A DNA stretch of 63,669 nucleotides, filler included, from Basidiobolus ranarum (GCA_040143965.1; 22 parts of 22 records of this genome joined end to end with filler, not necessarily neighbours in it); one strand, 5' to 3'. Positions 23,361-37,652 are shown, numbered from the whole stretch's first letter. Numbers and translations are program-made. Notes: generated by a model not told the origin, from the letters alone.

Positions 23361-24573
23361 TCACTTTCCATATCCCAACACAAAGGCATTTGTATAGCAG
23401 GGAACGGAAAGAGAAGGTAAGAATCTCAGGTAAGGCTGACGAAAAGGGTTGCTAGTGCATGCTAAGCTAGGTGTAAGCTCTAAGCAGGCCTTTAACGATT
23501 CACGCACCATATGATAGCCTAGTTCAGTGCTTTCAACATAGAAGTTTCTCTTGGCGGTGCTCATCAATTTGCTGATTTCATCTTTATGGATCATCGAAAT
23601 CAAATCAGACATCTGATATCCAATCACCACATCTGGTGGGAACTGGTCGATAAGGAAGTTGGCGTAGGTCGCAGGAACTGTATGGATTCGGACACATGAA
23701 GCGAATTGTTCACTTTTGTATTCCTGTGAAAGGGAGTCGGGCTGATGAGCATCCTGGTGTATCATAAATATGTCCAGTGTGACACCAGGAAAGAGTGGAA
23801 GTAGTGACTGGTAAATTGGTCCCATGCTAGGGTGGTGTGGATATGAATTGACCAGATGAATGCAAATATATGAGCCAGGTGTGGTTGAGACCTCAGTCGT
23901 ATAACCGTTTCGACACAAATGTGCGATTAAGTGAAATACTGTAAGTGGATGTGTTAAAAGTAGCGCAAATGGGTCAGAAGATGCGAATCTCTTTCGCTTT
24001 GTAAAGATCTGCCCAGTTATGGATTGCTTTCGGTGTGTTAGCGAACCCGGTGTATTTCCCAAATGGTTTGTCGAAGGGAAGTAATGTACTAGAAATCCCA
24101 CATAATTCCACAGGATCTGTGATTTTACATTCGGCTTTTTTCATTGGACATGCCAGTCCTTCAAGAAATTCCTCTCTCCAAAATCCTTCTCCGTAAAAGC
24201 TCTTTAGAGCTTCATGTTGAGCCAGATTACTATCTTCTGAGAAGTATCCTTCTTTAGTGAAGGTAAATGGAAATTCTCCCAACTCTTTGTATTTTTCCAT
24301 AGTTTTCTTCAACAGGGAACAAAGTTTCTTATGTTGTTCCCAATCTTTAATTTGGCAGCCACGACCGCAATATTTCACTGCTTTACAATAGCTACAACAA
24401 AAGCGCTTCAGTAACCCAGTTCCACAGACGTAGCATTTTGATTGTGAGCTTTTGGGAATTGGTACGGCCTTTACTGGCGCTTCGACAGGTGCTGACTGTA
24501 TTGAGAGCTGTATTTGTAATTTCTCTTTCAGTAAAGCAGAAAGGGTTTCTTTTTCTTTCACTACCACAGTCAT
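23361..24573 (-). CDS. MYND zinc-finger protein, ZMYND15/MSS51-like, split by a single +1 frameshift near 23990
   Basis: CYVC...CSYCKAVKYCGRGCQIKDWEQHKKLC MYND finger, then FPFTF and NWADLY in ORF 23974-24573. Continues as PFALLLTHPLT...NPFRQP in overlapping ORF 23361-24101. Confidence 0.8.
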
Positions 24574-25610
24574 CTTTCAAATCCCAAAAGATTTGCTCCG
24601 GACGTTGTGGCTGTGCGTTACACTGCCAAACCTTGGATATAATTTTATTGGAGATTTTTCAGGATACGTATGGTGGCAGGTTGATAGCAATTATCAGTCA
24701 GTATACATGATGATTAAGATTGACTCATACATATTTGATTAGGAAAGATGTTTAATCCGATTCTTAAGCAACATTTAAACAGGTGAAGATATTCAACCTA
24801 TATGACCTATATGTAGGAAGGCAACTTATTACAAAATATATATGGAGAGGTTCCAGATAAATAGAGAAAAGTAGGAGTCAGGTCTTATCTAGCGAAATTG
24901 GGTGCGGAATTGGTTGCACTCAATGTTGCATCCCAATTAGCAGTGATTTGAGAAATTCCCGATATAGACAAGGCCAATAATTATGTGCTGTGTCTATGGA
25001 GAATAATAATTACACCGTCTCAGTTTATACACAAAATAAATGCTTTCCATCACGCCGACATACATAGTAATGGGATTATATTATTCATATTGAGTAGGGA
25101 ATCAATTGATTCAATAACTCATGCAGCTCGAGACCTGGTAGCTCTCAGGTAGCATTCAGTCTACTCAATCTACGTGATCTAAATTTCTTCATAACAACCT
25201 GGTTTCACAATGCTCCCATTGTCAGTCTTATTCTCCCTCATACTCTGAAAAGTCCCCCTTTGCACCTACACTCTATTTCCATCCCTACATCCCTACACTA
25301 TTTTACCCTTCACGAGTGCTTGTCAATTTTTCTAATATATAGTTACGCCTTACTCTTAACCAGCCTTATAAGAAATCGAAGATATTAATAACTGATAAAC
25401 CGCGAATTCATTCCAAGTCCAGAGAAGATCTATTCTTCCTTCTCAACATTTCTTTATAAAAGTTTCTTCTTCGCTACAATACTCGTCCTTTTTACTAAGC
25501 TTCTTCCTGGTCGAAGTTGACGCTACCGTCAATAATTTTGTAATAACGTTTTTGCCTACTAGAAATAGGTCGGTTTATTTATTTACCCATACCCATACAT
25601 TGATAATATC

Positions 25611-26056
25611 ATGGCCGCTATAACCACCTATTTGGTCACCCGCTCGAAGAAGATATTGGAGCGACTTAACAAAAGATATCGCTCGAATAAGTCCCCCGGT
25701 GAAGAAAGTTCTCGTCTATTCAAATTAGGAGAAAAATACTTCTTTGGTAAAGGTAGAACTAGAAAAGAAGAGCGTAGAGCTGCTGAGTACTTCAAACTTT
25801 CCGCCGAACTTGGTAATCATCAAGCTAGAGCTGTACTAGGCTTTTGTTATGAATTTGGTCTCGGTGTTAGAAGGGACTTTAAATTGGCCGAAGCGAACTA
25901 CATAAAATCGGCTGAATATGGAGATGGCTTGGTACAAGCTAGATTGGCATTTTTACGTAAATATGGTCGACCATCAGTTAAAATTGATTGGGTTGAGGCT
26001 GATTTGTGGCAACAACGTATTGAGAAACAAGGAAAGGATTCGCTTAAATGGTTATT
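25611..26056 (+). CDS. Sel1-repeat protein, N-terminal part (cut by contig end)
   Basis: AAEYFKLSAELGNHQARAVLGFCYEFGLGVRRDFKLAEANYIKSA Sel1 repeats. Divergently oriented from the MYND gene. Confidence 0.88.
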
Positions 26057-26156
26057 NNNNNNNNNNNNNNNNNNNNNNNNNNNNNNNNNNNNNNNNNNNN
26101 TTAATTAATTAANNNNNNNNNNNNNNNNNNNNNNNNNNNNNNNNNNNNNNNNNNNN

Positions 26157-28467
26157 TGTTTATTTCAGTTTTGAGTATCCTCTAACAAAAACAAAATCAA
26201 TTTGATCCAGATCAGATCAACCCTCCAAAATAGCAAAACCATTAGAGAACCATCATAAAACTGTTGGCTTGCATTCTGCCAGGGATTTTGATGGTGTGAC
26301 TGTGGTTTCTTGATGGTATTTTGATGGTATTCATACATGATAAAATATTGATCCTCAAATTGGACACATATTATTCAATATCTTGCAACTGTTGCAAAAA
26401 TCTAATTTTTGAATTGCAAATTGCTGGGTTTACTGCTGTAGGAATTTTAATCAAAATGTGTGCCTTTACTTAGATGTTTTAGGAATTGTATTCAAGCCGT
26501 AATGAGAATCAAAAAATATAAGAATCTTATTATGTTAATCTCTACATATGCACATACTTGACTGAGTGGACATAACTCAACAACATCAATATGCTTTACC
26601 AGCAAACCAACAGTGGAAAAACTGCTAAACATCTGAAATTTTGAATAGCACTACATTTGGCAAATAGCTGACTCTTGTTACCATTCAAAATGAGAATAAG
26701 CTCTTGGATTTTGGCAAATTCCCATCCAGAGTTCAGCCAATATATCCCCAACCTGCAGTCATCGAATGTCCTGCCACAAGTAGATGTGTCATTGCTTGAA
26801 TATATTACCCTCTGGCTAAAACAATAATACTGCATATCTTGATCTATCTCACCAAGAAGTCTGTCTTGCAGCTTCTCTAAGAATGCCATCAGATTATCAC
26901 ACAACCAAATTAGTCCAAATTATAGAGGTATGTACTCTGTGTCCATGAATTGGGCTTTGTTGCTGTCAATGTACTCAAACAAAGCAAAAACTCATGAGCA
27001 CATAGAAAATAGCCCTTTGTTGGAAGGTTAATATACACTGGAGTATCCTTAACCCATCACAATATATCCATCACTAATTTTGCTGATGCATTGTTAATCA
27101 GATTAGCATATGGTAATACTGACCATTTCACATGGAGTATTATTCCACCACAGGTGTGCTCCATTGGGAACTCCCAGAATATATAGCAAGGGCCAAAAAT
27201 CTCTAGGCATTGTGAAAGATCTAGCAGGAAATGTTTTGAATACCAGCATAGATTCAGTCTGTCTTCTTTAAGCCTGTGATAAAGTTTTTCATTTCCAATT
27301 ACAAAATCTTTGCACATTTACTGTATCTGCCTGAGATATGATAAAGTAAGTTGCTGTTATAAGAATATATTAACAATATCAACAAACAACTCCCAATGTT
27401 GCCAATACTGGACTTGTTCCATTGTGCCATGGTTTATTGGACCTTGGATCAATATATTATAGTAAATGTTATTCAATTGGATCATGCCAGAGGGTGATGG
27501 ATAGTGCCAAATTGTTCCACAAATATTTTGGAATACTTGTTCCAATATGATATATACAGCACAATCTGGCACTATCACAGAGAACAAGTCCACTTATCAG
27601 GCAGAAATCTTTTCAAAATTCCACTTGAACATATACAAATCCAATACTTCCAGTCTTTGAATTTGAATAAATGCCTAGATGAGTGGATATTGATGGTAGT
27701 CCTGGTAAAATATGATGGTATCTTGACATTTTCAAGCAGTTTCCCAATCAATTCAAACTTTGAACCTGTCTCAAATGGATCATTTATATTGAATTTTCCA
27801 CTATATAGCTGAGTTAGTAGTATTGGAATGTTGTTGAATAGTTAGTGCATAGTGACTAATGGGAAGTTCTGGCTGCAGCTGATCCCCTTTAGCAATATAA
27901 TCTTAGGTTTACAGCTAATACCAAGTTTGATGTTACTGACTATTTGGTAAATTGACCTCAGTGATCATGTTGAAATCTGACTTGGCTCTTGATGGTAAAA
28001 TCATGAAGTTTAGTATTGTAGTTGAAGAGTAGTAATTTGTATGCCTGATAGAGCAAACTACATTGATTTGACAAAATATACTGCAAGATAGTGCATCATA
28101 CCTGGGAAAACATCCACGTTTACTGACGGCAGGAGTGTCACCATTACTTACAATGATATTAGCTTTAATAAAATATTCACCCATCTGAACCCCATTAGCT
28201 AGTTGTTCAAATTCTGCAATCAAAGGCTCCAAGAAGCTCTCTATAAACATTGGTGAATTAGGTCCAGATAAGATGGATAGTATCAAGAAATTATGACTCT
28301 TATACTGTTCAGAAGGAGGAATATTTAAGTTCATGAAAAGTATTAGCCAGCAAGCCTTTCCAGTGGTATATTTGCTTATTAAGAAACCATCCAGAGCCAA
28401 TGCAAGTGCATGATCAAATGTGTTCTCAAAGAAACCTTGACTTTTCTTCAACAGATTCAAACCAAAC
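26157..28467 (-). mobile_element. CACTA/EnSpm-type transposase relic, longest copy in the window
   Basis: LALALDGF...CWLILFMNLNIPPSEQYK..NFLILSILSGP...FLEPLIAEFEQLANG...GDTPA (Tnp2-like), followed by DUF4218-like GPCYIFWEFPME. Confidence 0.88.
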
Positions 28468-28957
28468 TGTTGAAGTTCATTATGTTTATCATCATTTTTA
28501 TCTCTATCTTTATACACTTAACAATTTCACTTATTACATATATGCTAGTTAACATTACTTAGTCAAATATCACTTAACTGCAAGTCAAACATAAATTATA
28601 TACATATCCCTAACAGAAACTTGAGGATTGTTATCTTAGGAAAACCATCACAATTTTAATCCATTTGGGATTGAACGTTTACTTACCATTATAAAATTGT
28701 CAAGTTAGATCTGATTTTAATCAAATTTTTCAGTTTCAGAAGTGAAATTTCAAGATCTTGCAAAATAGTTGAGAATGATTGGCTAAAATCTCAGAGAACT
28801 GTGGATAAACACATGTGCAAACATAACTCAAATTTGACACAATTACCACTTGAATGCTAATTTGTCGCCTTCAAAAGCCCTAGTCTCTTTGATATATTCT
28901 CCTTAATATTTTTATAGAGTTCTTCATACCCAAGGTTTAGCTCATACCCAACACAAG
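28468..28957 (+). mobile_element. Nested insertions: partial LTR family D (28468-28607) interrupted by the CCCTAACAG element (28608 onward)
   Basis: TGTTGAAGTT start matches 62352. The CCCTAACAGAAA terminus matches 11446 and 40418. Confidence 0.75.
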
Positions 28958-29057
28958 NNNNNNNNNNNNNNNNNNNNNNNNNNNNNNNNNNNNNNNNNNN
29001 NTTAATTAATTAANNNNNNNNNNNNNNNNNNNNNNNNNNNNNNNNNNNNNNNNNNNN

Positions 29058-29275
29058 GTATATTATGTTTCACCTTGCAATATCTATATAAGCCCCATGT
29101 ATTCCTTGATCAGACCTCAGTCTGATCAACACCAGTTATCAATAAAGATTCTTGCCAAAGTATCTTCCCTGTCCTGTCTTGTCTTGTCTTGTCTTGTGGT
29201 CTACACCCAAGTACTCTCCTGCCTTCTAGCCTCTTGTTGTTGTTTCCAGTCCTTGTCCAGTTCCTTATTGTGACA
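29058..29275 (-). repeat. Partial LTR-like repeat family F
   Basis: Reverse complement of 8223-8432, ending TTGTGACA. Confidence 0.8.
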
Positions 29276-32084
29276 CCATCTTTCTAGATTGCTATTACAA
29301 TATAAAAGTGGGTACATCTTATGCAACAAAACTATTTTATTGAAAGTATGCAAAAACAGTTTTGCTTCAGGTGGCATAACTGGTAATTCAAACATCTGCA
29401 GCTTTTTTTACTCTGTAATACATGTCATTTCATATGAAAATATACAAGATTGGCAATAGTGGTAACAAGCCTGACTTGGTATTATTGAGTTGTCTTTATG
29501 TCTCAAATTTATACTTGTTTCAATACATTTCTTGATTAAAATTTAGTGCTAGGATATTGAGGACTCATAATCACCTTTTCAATTTTGCAAACCAAAAAGG
29601 TTTATTCAGTAATAATGGAGCAATAACTATCAGTTCTGGAATTCACTCAGTTACCAGAAGATAAGATAGTGTACTGCTAAAGTTGCATGAGCTTTCACTA
29701 AATATATGCTTTCCTTTATCAAACCACAGCCCCATTGTTTTGTTATATATAAATGATTTTGAATGCTTTACTTCTATTTCAAAAGGCTCTTGGTATTGTT
29801 CAGAAACTGACCTTGAATCTTCAACTTGGAAGTCTTGTATGTTGTTCATCAACAGTGTATACTTGGTATTTACCTGATAAATTTTGATGTAATTATGGCA
29901 TCTTTCTAGCCACCCTAAAATAGCAAGTTGATAACTAAGGAATTCATCCCCTCATCCATGTTAGCTCATCAAAATGAGAAACATTGTATTTATGTGGGAG
30001 GATCTGGTAATAATGGTAATAGACTTGGTTATGTTAGAGACAACTTGTGATACTGTGTTAGCAGTTTTATTCTTAACAGAAAATGGTGGCTTATGTAGCA
30101 GTGAAGTAAGTCAATTGTTTGAGATATTCAGGAGTTTGGGTAATAAGATATTTTAGAAAGGGGAATAATAAGACATACTAGTAATGTAGATTTAGAGATA
30201 TTCCTAATTCGAATGAAGGTATTATCGGTACAAGGCTTTCTTGTTTCTCATATAGAGAGGCAGGCTGTGTATGTACATCCAATATTAGATGATTGCTGCT
30301 TGTATCAAACATCAGCTTTCGCTAATGTATCTCAACTGTGTGGCTACTCTGCATCAAGTACTCAATATTGCATGTTTTCCATCAGGTCCCTCCTCGAATC
30401 ACTTAATGAACCTCTACTTAGTATATCTTGTCCGTATCACAAGTCACACTGGCAACTCAATACATACCAAACCGTATCTCAGCATGTTATCAGAGGATTG
30501 TTTAGCAATAACTGGTTGCAACTTCTCCCTGTCAAATTCAACCTAGTTGAAATCTTATTGGACATAGCAATCCACCCTACAAAAATCCATTTTTCTTTAT
30601 AAATAAAACTAATTACAGAATTCGAACTTTCCAAAACCTTCATTGCCACATTGCTGATACATGTAATAAAGTCACACACATTGTATGATGATAACTCCTA
30701 TAGCATTCCCATCCATTGGCTATAATGCTCTTGATAGTTAAGAGATTCCCGTATGCTCCAAGGTGTCAAAACACCACTACATACCTTGTCAAGTGTTACT
30801 TCATTTTGTCCCGAAATTACATTCCTAACACCCACAGCCAAGTGAAAGGCTACTGGCATTAGCGGAGAGCCAATGTAGATGTAATCAATCTCATTGTTGA
30901 ATGCTTGTGCTTTTCCAGTATCTCTGCTACTGATCACAAGAGAAGTAGATGTAACACAGGATGGTAATGGTAAATTGACACCGTTTAAATAATAGAAAAT
31001 GAGTTGGCTCCTGCCATTCCGTATATTAAATGTTTTGTAATAATCTATTGAATATCAATCTATAGATACTATATTCTGAAGATACGCAATTAGACAAGAG
31101 TTCTATTGATGGTAGAATTAGATCTCCAATAAATGATGTATTGATACTTATATTAGAAGTGCCCTCTCTGTCGGCTTTACTTCAAAGTTACCATTCAAGA
31201 TCCGTTAAACCAATAAGATACATATCCCCGATGCTACCTTCAATCTTTCTTGCTACGATTGCATTGTCAACAACACCCTGACCATATTTGCCCCAAGAAA
31301 GCGTAATGAGAAAGGTAGCAGCGTAAACCATAGTGTTTTAGAATACTATGCTATGGTTCTCGACATTTTCGGCTTTGCTTACTCAGCTCTCTGAGCCCAT
31401 TACTAAGATGATGGCCAAGTGAAACAATTGCAAGTGTATTTTATCAATTTATAAACAGGCACCAGGTCCGAATCTTTGATCAAACGTTTACTACATGATC
31501 ATAAACTATATGACCTACTTCAAATCAGGCTTGAATATTGCGATGTTTTTAGTCCATTGTATTGGAGTAGATAGTGGATTTGTAGCGATAGCAAAATCAA
31601 ACGGAACTATATGTACAACATTGGTGGTGGAATTGGGTAACAAAAGTGCAAATCATCAACTCAATAAGTAGTTAGTTGAATTGGGATGATAACTGACATA
31701 TTGTTGCTACAAGATACAAAGCAGATATTCTACAAGAAAGGGTTACAACATCGGACTAGAAAGCCTCATGGTACACGTCAAAGATGGGGAAAAATACTTG
31801 CAAGAAAAGGTAAAAACAGTGCCAGGGCTTTCAAAATTACCTGCACTAGAAGTATCANNNNNNNNNNNNNNNNNNNNNNNNNNNNNNNNNNNNNNNNNNN
31901 NTTAATTAATTAANNNNNNNNNNNNNNNNNNNNNNNNNNNNNNNNNNNNNNNNNNNNCTAAGACTGGGATCACAACAACTTATGCTAGTCAGAGATGCTG
32001 ACTCTGCCAAGAATGCATGGGAAATCCTAGCTATTTACTATATCAAGATCTAGTAATGCTCCCCAAGCTAGCTGTTGAAGATAT

Positions 32085-34755
32085 TGATGAAAGTGTTTAG
32101 TGGATTTGGGGGCACTTTGGACAAGATGTGGATTTTGAATCAAACACTTACGTTTTACTTAATTGATCATGTCCTAATTATATTTTACTATGAAGTAGGA
32201 CTATTGGATGTGCTTAGATCATATCAAACATGACTATCAGGCAAATGTGAAAGTTTGAGGTGATTTGGAGAAGTTTTGAGAAAATAGTGAAAATTGGTCA
32301 AAGTGCTCTAATTGATTTTTATATCAATGGGAGCAATAAACACACGCTTTTGAACAAAAGAACTGAGTGCTAAATTAGCAGAATATGAATAAACTACTAA
32401 GTAATGAGATGATGTTTACCTAATTTCAACATTCCCACTCAACTGATTATTTTGTATTTCCCTTGAACCTAACTTATATCTTAAAAATTCAAATTGTGCT
32501 TTGCTAAAGGTTTGGTTGAGATGTTAGCAATCATGTGTTTAGTAAGGCAATAGACAAGTTCAATTATATCATTCTCTATTGCTTCTCTAACAAAATGATG
32601 CCTAATATCTATATGTTTTGTTCTAGAATGAAATTTAGGGTTATTAGCTAAGGAAATACTACTTTGATTATCATCAAATACAGTAATTGCACGTTTTTGC
32701 ATGCATTCTGAGTCTGTAAATAACTTCCTTTACTACATAGCTTCTTGCACAGTAGCAGAGGCAGCCAAATAGTCTTCTTTTGTAGTGGAAAGTGCAATGG
32801 TTGGTTGCTTTTTACTATTCCAAGTTATGGCTCCTTTACCATAGAGAAAAATTGTAACCAGTTGTTGATATTCTAGCATCAAGGTTTTTTCCCCAGTCTG
32901 CATCACTGTAGCCTTCAAATTTTCATGCATTAGGAGAGGCTAAGTAGTCCTCTCAAATACCTGAGTATTTGTTTTACTGCAATTTGGTGCTCAGATCCCT
33001 GATTTTGAGATATTGGCTGACAGTTCCCACTGCCACAGCCATGTCTGGATGTGTTCCAACCATTATGTACATCAAACTACCCACCATGGATTGGCAAGGG
33101 AACTCCTGGCTCTGCTAGGAGACATTTTGAGCCATATTGGATGAAAACTTGATTTGTTTCTCATTGGGATCAATTGGCATTGATACAGGCTTGCTATTCC
33201 TCCTGTTGAAGTTCTTTGGGATGTATCTGGACTGATACAGCATTATTGTTTGATTGGGTTTATCCCTCTTGATTTGGATTCCATGAAAGTAACTCAATTC
33301 ACCCATATCAGTCATCTGAAAGTGATTTGACAAGCTGCTTTTTGTCTGACTAAGTGCTCCTAGCTCATGTGTAGCTACAATCAGGTCATCTACATATAAT
33401 GACAACATAAGGATCCTATTTCTGGTTGCTTTGATGTCAGTACTGTGAACTGATGTGCATTTTTAAAATTTTAGTGATTCCAGATAGGTGTCTATCTTGT
33501 TGTACCATGCCCTGGGTAGTTGCTTGAGTCCTTAAAGTCATTTTTGCAGTTTACAGACCATATCAGAGTGGTTCGGTCAACAAATCCATCTAGTAGCTCC
33601 AAATAGATTGCTTCTTGTAGATTTCCATTCAGAAGGGCTGTTTTTACTTCCATTTGATGTAAATCAAGGTTATGGACAGCTGAGAGAGCAAGGATTGATC
33701 CAATGGAGCTAAACTTAGGTACTGGAGCTAAAGTTAAAGTAAAATTGACTCCTGGAGTCTGGAAAAACCTTCTGCAACTAGTCTTGCTTTGTACCATTCC
33801 AAGGTTCCATCACGTCAGTTTTTGACTTTGGAGACCCATTTGCAACCTGTTAGCTTTCTCCTTGATGGTTGAGGACTTAAACCCATGTTTAATTGCTCTG
33901 AAGTGAAGAAAACATATCAGACATTGCTTTTTCCCATATTTTTGATTCTGGACACTCCAGAACTTGATATAGAGTTTCTGGCTAGTGACAGAATGCTGCA
34001 TAAGCATATACATCATCATTGGAAGTGTTCCACCAGTTTCCTGGTGTATTTCTCCTTGTAGATGATATTCCGGGTCCTGAATCTTCCTCTGATGTAATGG
34101 GGACTTGAGTTTAAGTTGAATAAGGTTCAGGTACAGCTAGAATTTGTCAGACACTTCCTGAATAGTGCTGTTTATGTTCTCTGGATCAAGACTGTGATTA
34201 GAGTTGAAATTTGCTTTTCATTAAAAACATATCATGGAACTTAATTAACTTCCAATTTTCAGTATCACACAGTATGTAGGCCTTGGATCCATCACAGTAA
34301 TCAAGAAGTGTGCTTGTTCAGCTTTTGGGCTCTAATTTGGGGCATTTTTGAGTGGGAATTAGGAAATATGCTATGCAACCACAGATCCTGAGATGATACA
34401 CACTTGGTGTTGTTCCAGATATGGTTTCAAATGGAGTAGAAGTTTGTAGCAATCTACTTGTTTGTATATGTTTGATATAGTCTGCAGTGAAGACAGATTC
34501 AGACCAAGATTGGTATCTGACTTTTGATAATGTAACATGTATCTTACCATCCCCACTATGGTCCTATTAGCACAATCTGCAACTCCATTTTGCTGTGAAG
34601 TATAAGCTACTGCAGTTTGTTGCTTGATTCTATGTTAAGAGCAAAAACTTGTAAAGTCTCTAGAGCAGTATTCTACACCATTATCACTCCTTAGTACACT
34701 TATTTTTTGGGCAGATTCTTTCCCTACCATTGCTTTGTAGTGATTGAATGTAGCT
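32085..34755 (-). mobile_element. Ty1/copia relic (LTR family B): integrase, RT, RNase H, PPT, 3' LTR
   Basis: Integrase remnant 34500-34755; RT motifs LHQMEVKTALLNG and LYVDDL; RNase H DNQSSI...FHSRTKHIDIRHHF; PPT 32432-32442; LTR 32085-32431. Confidence 0.92.
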
Positions 34756-34855
34756 NNNNNNNNNNNNNNNNNNNNNNNNNNNNNNNNNNNNNNNNNNNNT
34801 TAATTAATTAANNNNNNNNNNNNNNNNNNNNNNNNNNNNNNNNNNNNNNNNNNNN

Positions 34856-35086
34856 TGATCAATCATGAGAGCCAGCAACAAATCTTTCCAATTGCAAGGA
34901 ACTTTGCCAGGAGTTTCATGAAGCCTACCCCAAAAAACCTGGCCCTATGATGTCTGGAAGCCATCACTAAAGAAGGGGATACTGTCATGATTCTGATCTT
35001 GGCATACTGATCCACTGCAAATAGAACTCTTCTATTATTAGATTATGATATCATATCTGCTGTACAATCCCTTCTTGGCAATCTTA
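34856..35086 (+). mobile_element. Ty3/gypsy chromovirus 3' end: chromodomain, PPT, LTR start
   Basis: From 34863 translates S*EPATNLSNCKELCQEFHEAYPKKPGP (chromodomain SWEP..NL motif), then AAAGAAGGGGAT and TGTCA at 34983. Confidence 0.75.
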
Positions 35087-37361
35087 TGTTAGCTCATCCA
35101 GGTTACCTTATATGGAAGTCATGTTCTTTGGAACATTCCATGAAACCTAACCAACCATGTCATCCCACACATAGTGTATTTCTGCCAAGACCTTCCATGG
35201 CAGGTCACCTGATCATCCTTGCATCATCCCTCTTTGTATTGGTCCTTGTAGTCTCCAATACCCCAACACTTGAACTTGCCACTAAGTAACTAATACACTA
35301 TCATGAGTAGCCTCTAATATACAAAGTCTACCCCCAATTTGTTAAGATCCTCCAACACTTCCTGAGTGCCAAAAGCAGTTGTGAAGCTTTAATAGTGGCT
35401 CATATATTCCACCATTAAACCTTTCAACATGTATTTGTCTGATATCATTAACTTGGAGTTGGTTCATCTGTACTAGATAAGAACTGTTTATGTAAGAGTC
35501 AGCACAATTCCTCTAGAAAGCTTCAGTGGCATCCAAATTGATGCTTTGCAGATATTCAAAAATCAATCTCTTTATTTACCTTTAATTTTGCTCACAAAAG
35601 TACAGTTACTTCCCTCAGCTAAAATAAGAAGCATTTTGCAGACTCACATGGTTTTCATTACTTACTTTTCAAGCGCAGGGATACAGCAATAAGTACGTGG
35701 GATGAATTGGAAAGGTATAATGCAAATAAATGAAATAAGTGGTTTACATATATATTTGTTGAATTAAGATCATCATTGCATATATTATCAAATAAGACGA
35801 AATGGCGGTATTTCATGAGAACAAAGCAAGAAAGAAGCATATATCTCTATTAGAGAGAACTCCTGCACTATACAACGTCATGGATTGCAAAATTCTAGAT
35901 TGGTGATATTGCACGGGCTTAGCTGTGGTGCGATTCTTTGTACCAAGTACTCATGATACCCTACTACATACAAGTTTCAAATATCAGCTGATATAATTGG
36001 AATAGATAGAGTAGTGATTAGAGAGGGAATAAGCTATCACAAATGTCATAACCACTGCCCTGTTCTCTCTAATGTCAGATGTAAATATCAATAGAATCTA
36101 TATTTGGTTGCAAGATTGATTCCCAGACAGTATCAAGTAGAATATCAGGTTTGTAATGTAATGTAGAGTCAACATTATCATGACACACACCACCTCCATT
36201 AGCGCGACATAGAACTCGCCATCCATACATGACTACAATCAGAAGTGGATAATTGTGAGGATATAGAAATGTTGATTTCAGTATTACAATGAGACCAAGG
36301 ATATATATAGGTGCAGTTTCAGAATCCATGGGCTATATTCGTACGTTTGTAATTTGTTTTTAGCAGTCGATGCGGCTAAATCAGCTGGCTAGTTGATCTG
36401 CAGTTGTTTGTGAACGTTAGACCCAGGCACCAATGAGTAATAAAGTGCATTTATGGGCACTGATGAGCCGCGATACTTACCGAGGAATGGATATAGAGTC
36501 TGCACATATCGAGCGCAGTTTTCAAAGACGTATTTCCCGACGAAAACGTCCGCCTGCACACAGCCTAAGCCATGTCTTAGTTTTAAGCAGATAAATGGAT
36601 TCATATCGTATGTTGCTGAAACCATTCAACTTTTAATATCTCGTATTTGACGTTTGACGCTTTAGACCGTATTTGGCGCCACTACTAACCAATCAGCTGG
36701 TTCAACATAATAGAGGACGCGCAAAATGGGACCTACATGTGTTTCCCACCATATACAGTCATGGATGTAAGATGAGATGATCCGTGGCAGAGACCTTATT
36801 CTCTGATGTAGATGATCAACTAGAACCTGTTAATGATACTGATTTTGAAATATCCCATGCTTTCCACTCGATCATGCGAAAACAATCGGATGAATTTCTC
36901 CTAAAATCTAGGCAAACTTTAAACTATAGACATTTGTCATATCCTGAAACCGGGATTTCAAAAAGAAAGATGCGTTTCTGATACTCATCTAAACTAGGTA
37001 GAGATCTGAGACTTTCCCCAAAGGGAACTTGACGTCGGGATATCAATATTTCACTAAAGAGAGGATTCAACACCAACCTCATTGATGTCCTCAAGGGTAG
37101 TAGCACACATACAAATAAGTGAAAGACCAGATCAGAGTTTATTGCAAATATATTAGTAATGTTTATATTGAGTTTGGCAACATCGTGCAATATTTATAGA
37201 AATACAAATATGCGTTACACTAGCCTAAGACACCGATACAAAATTGTACATTCCAGGTCGGAGTATGTCGGATATAATAGATGAAGAAGACACCTAAAGC
37301 CCCGATACTGTGATATATATAGCGACTAAGTGAAGTTAACTCCTCATCATTCATACATACA

Positions 37362-37652
37362 ATGGCATTCACACTCAGCAATACTTCCGGCATCGATACT
37401 AATAAGCTTGTGCTTAGAAATTTATCGGTTGCAAAGCTTTACGAACATGCTTTACAATACGAAAAAGGCACCTATCTCAGTTCCGCTGGTGCCATCATCA
37501 CCTCATCAGGTAAGAAGACCGGAAGAAGCCCCAACGACAAGCGTATTGTTGAAGAGAAGTCCACCAGTGGTGATATCTGGTGGGGTCCTGTAAACATTCC
37601 ATTGGAAGACCGTGTCTTCAGCATCAACCATGAGAGAGCTGTCGACTACCTC
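37362..37652 (+). CDS. PCK1: Phosphoenolpyruvate carboxykinase (ATP), N-terminus, partial
   Basis: [18 protein letters not shown]...[15 protein letters not shown]...IWWGPVN...[17 protein letters not shown] lies about 45 bp upstream. Confidence 0.95.

Noticed and set aside
27933-28517. 194-aa ORF as an intact gene
   Set aside because: Chimeric: its first residues come from an inserted LTR (28468 onward) and the rest is a transposase fragment.
29820-29900. Minus-strand YTVDEQHT resembling the TnpB/Fanzor VDE..TS motif
   Set aside because: No following CxxC zinc ribbon or other RuvC motifs were found and the frame is full of stops. Too weak to call.
30200-30960. Cluster of short ORFs suggesting a decayed gene
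   Set aside because: No recognisable motif in any frame. The same applies to 15960-16730, 36075-37190 and 3400-4005.
37230-37310. Repeated CCGA/TCGG words upstream of PCK1 as Zn2Cys6 or CSRE sites
   Set aside because: They do not match the CSRE consensus and are too short to distinguish from chance.
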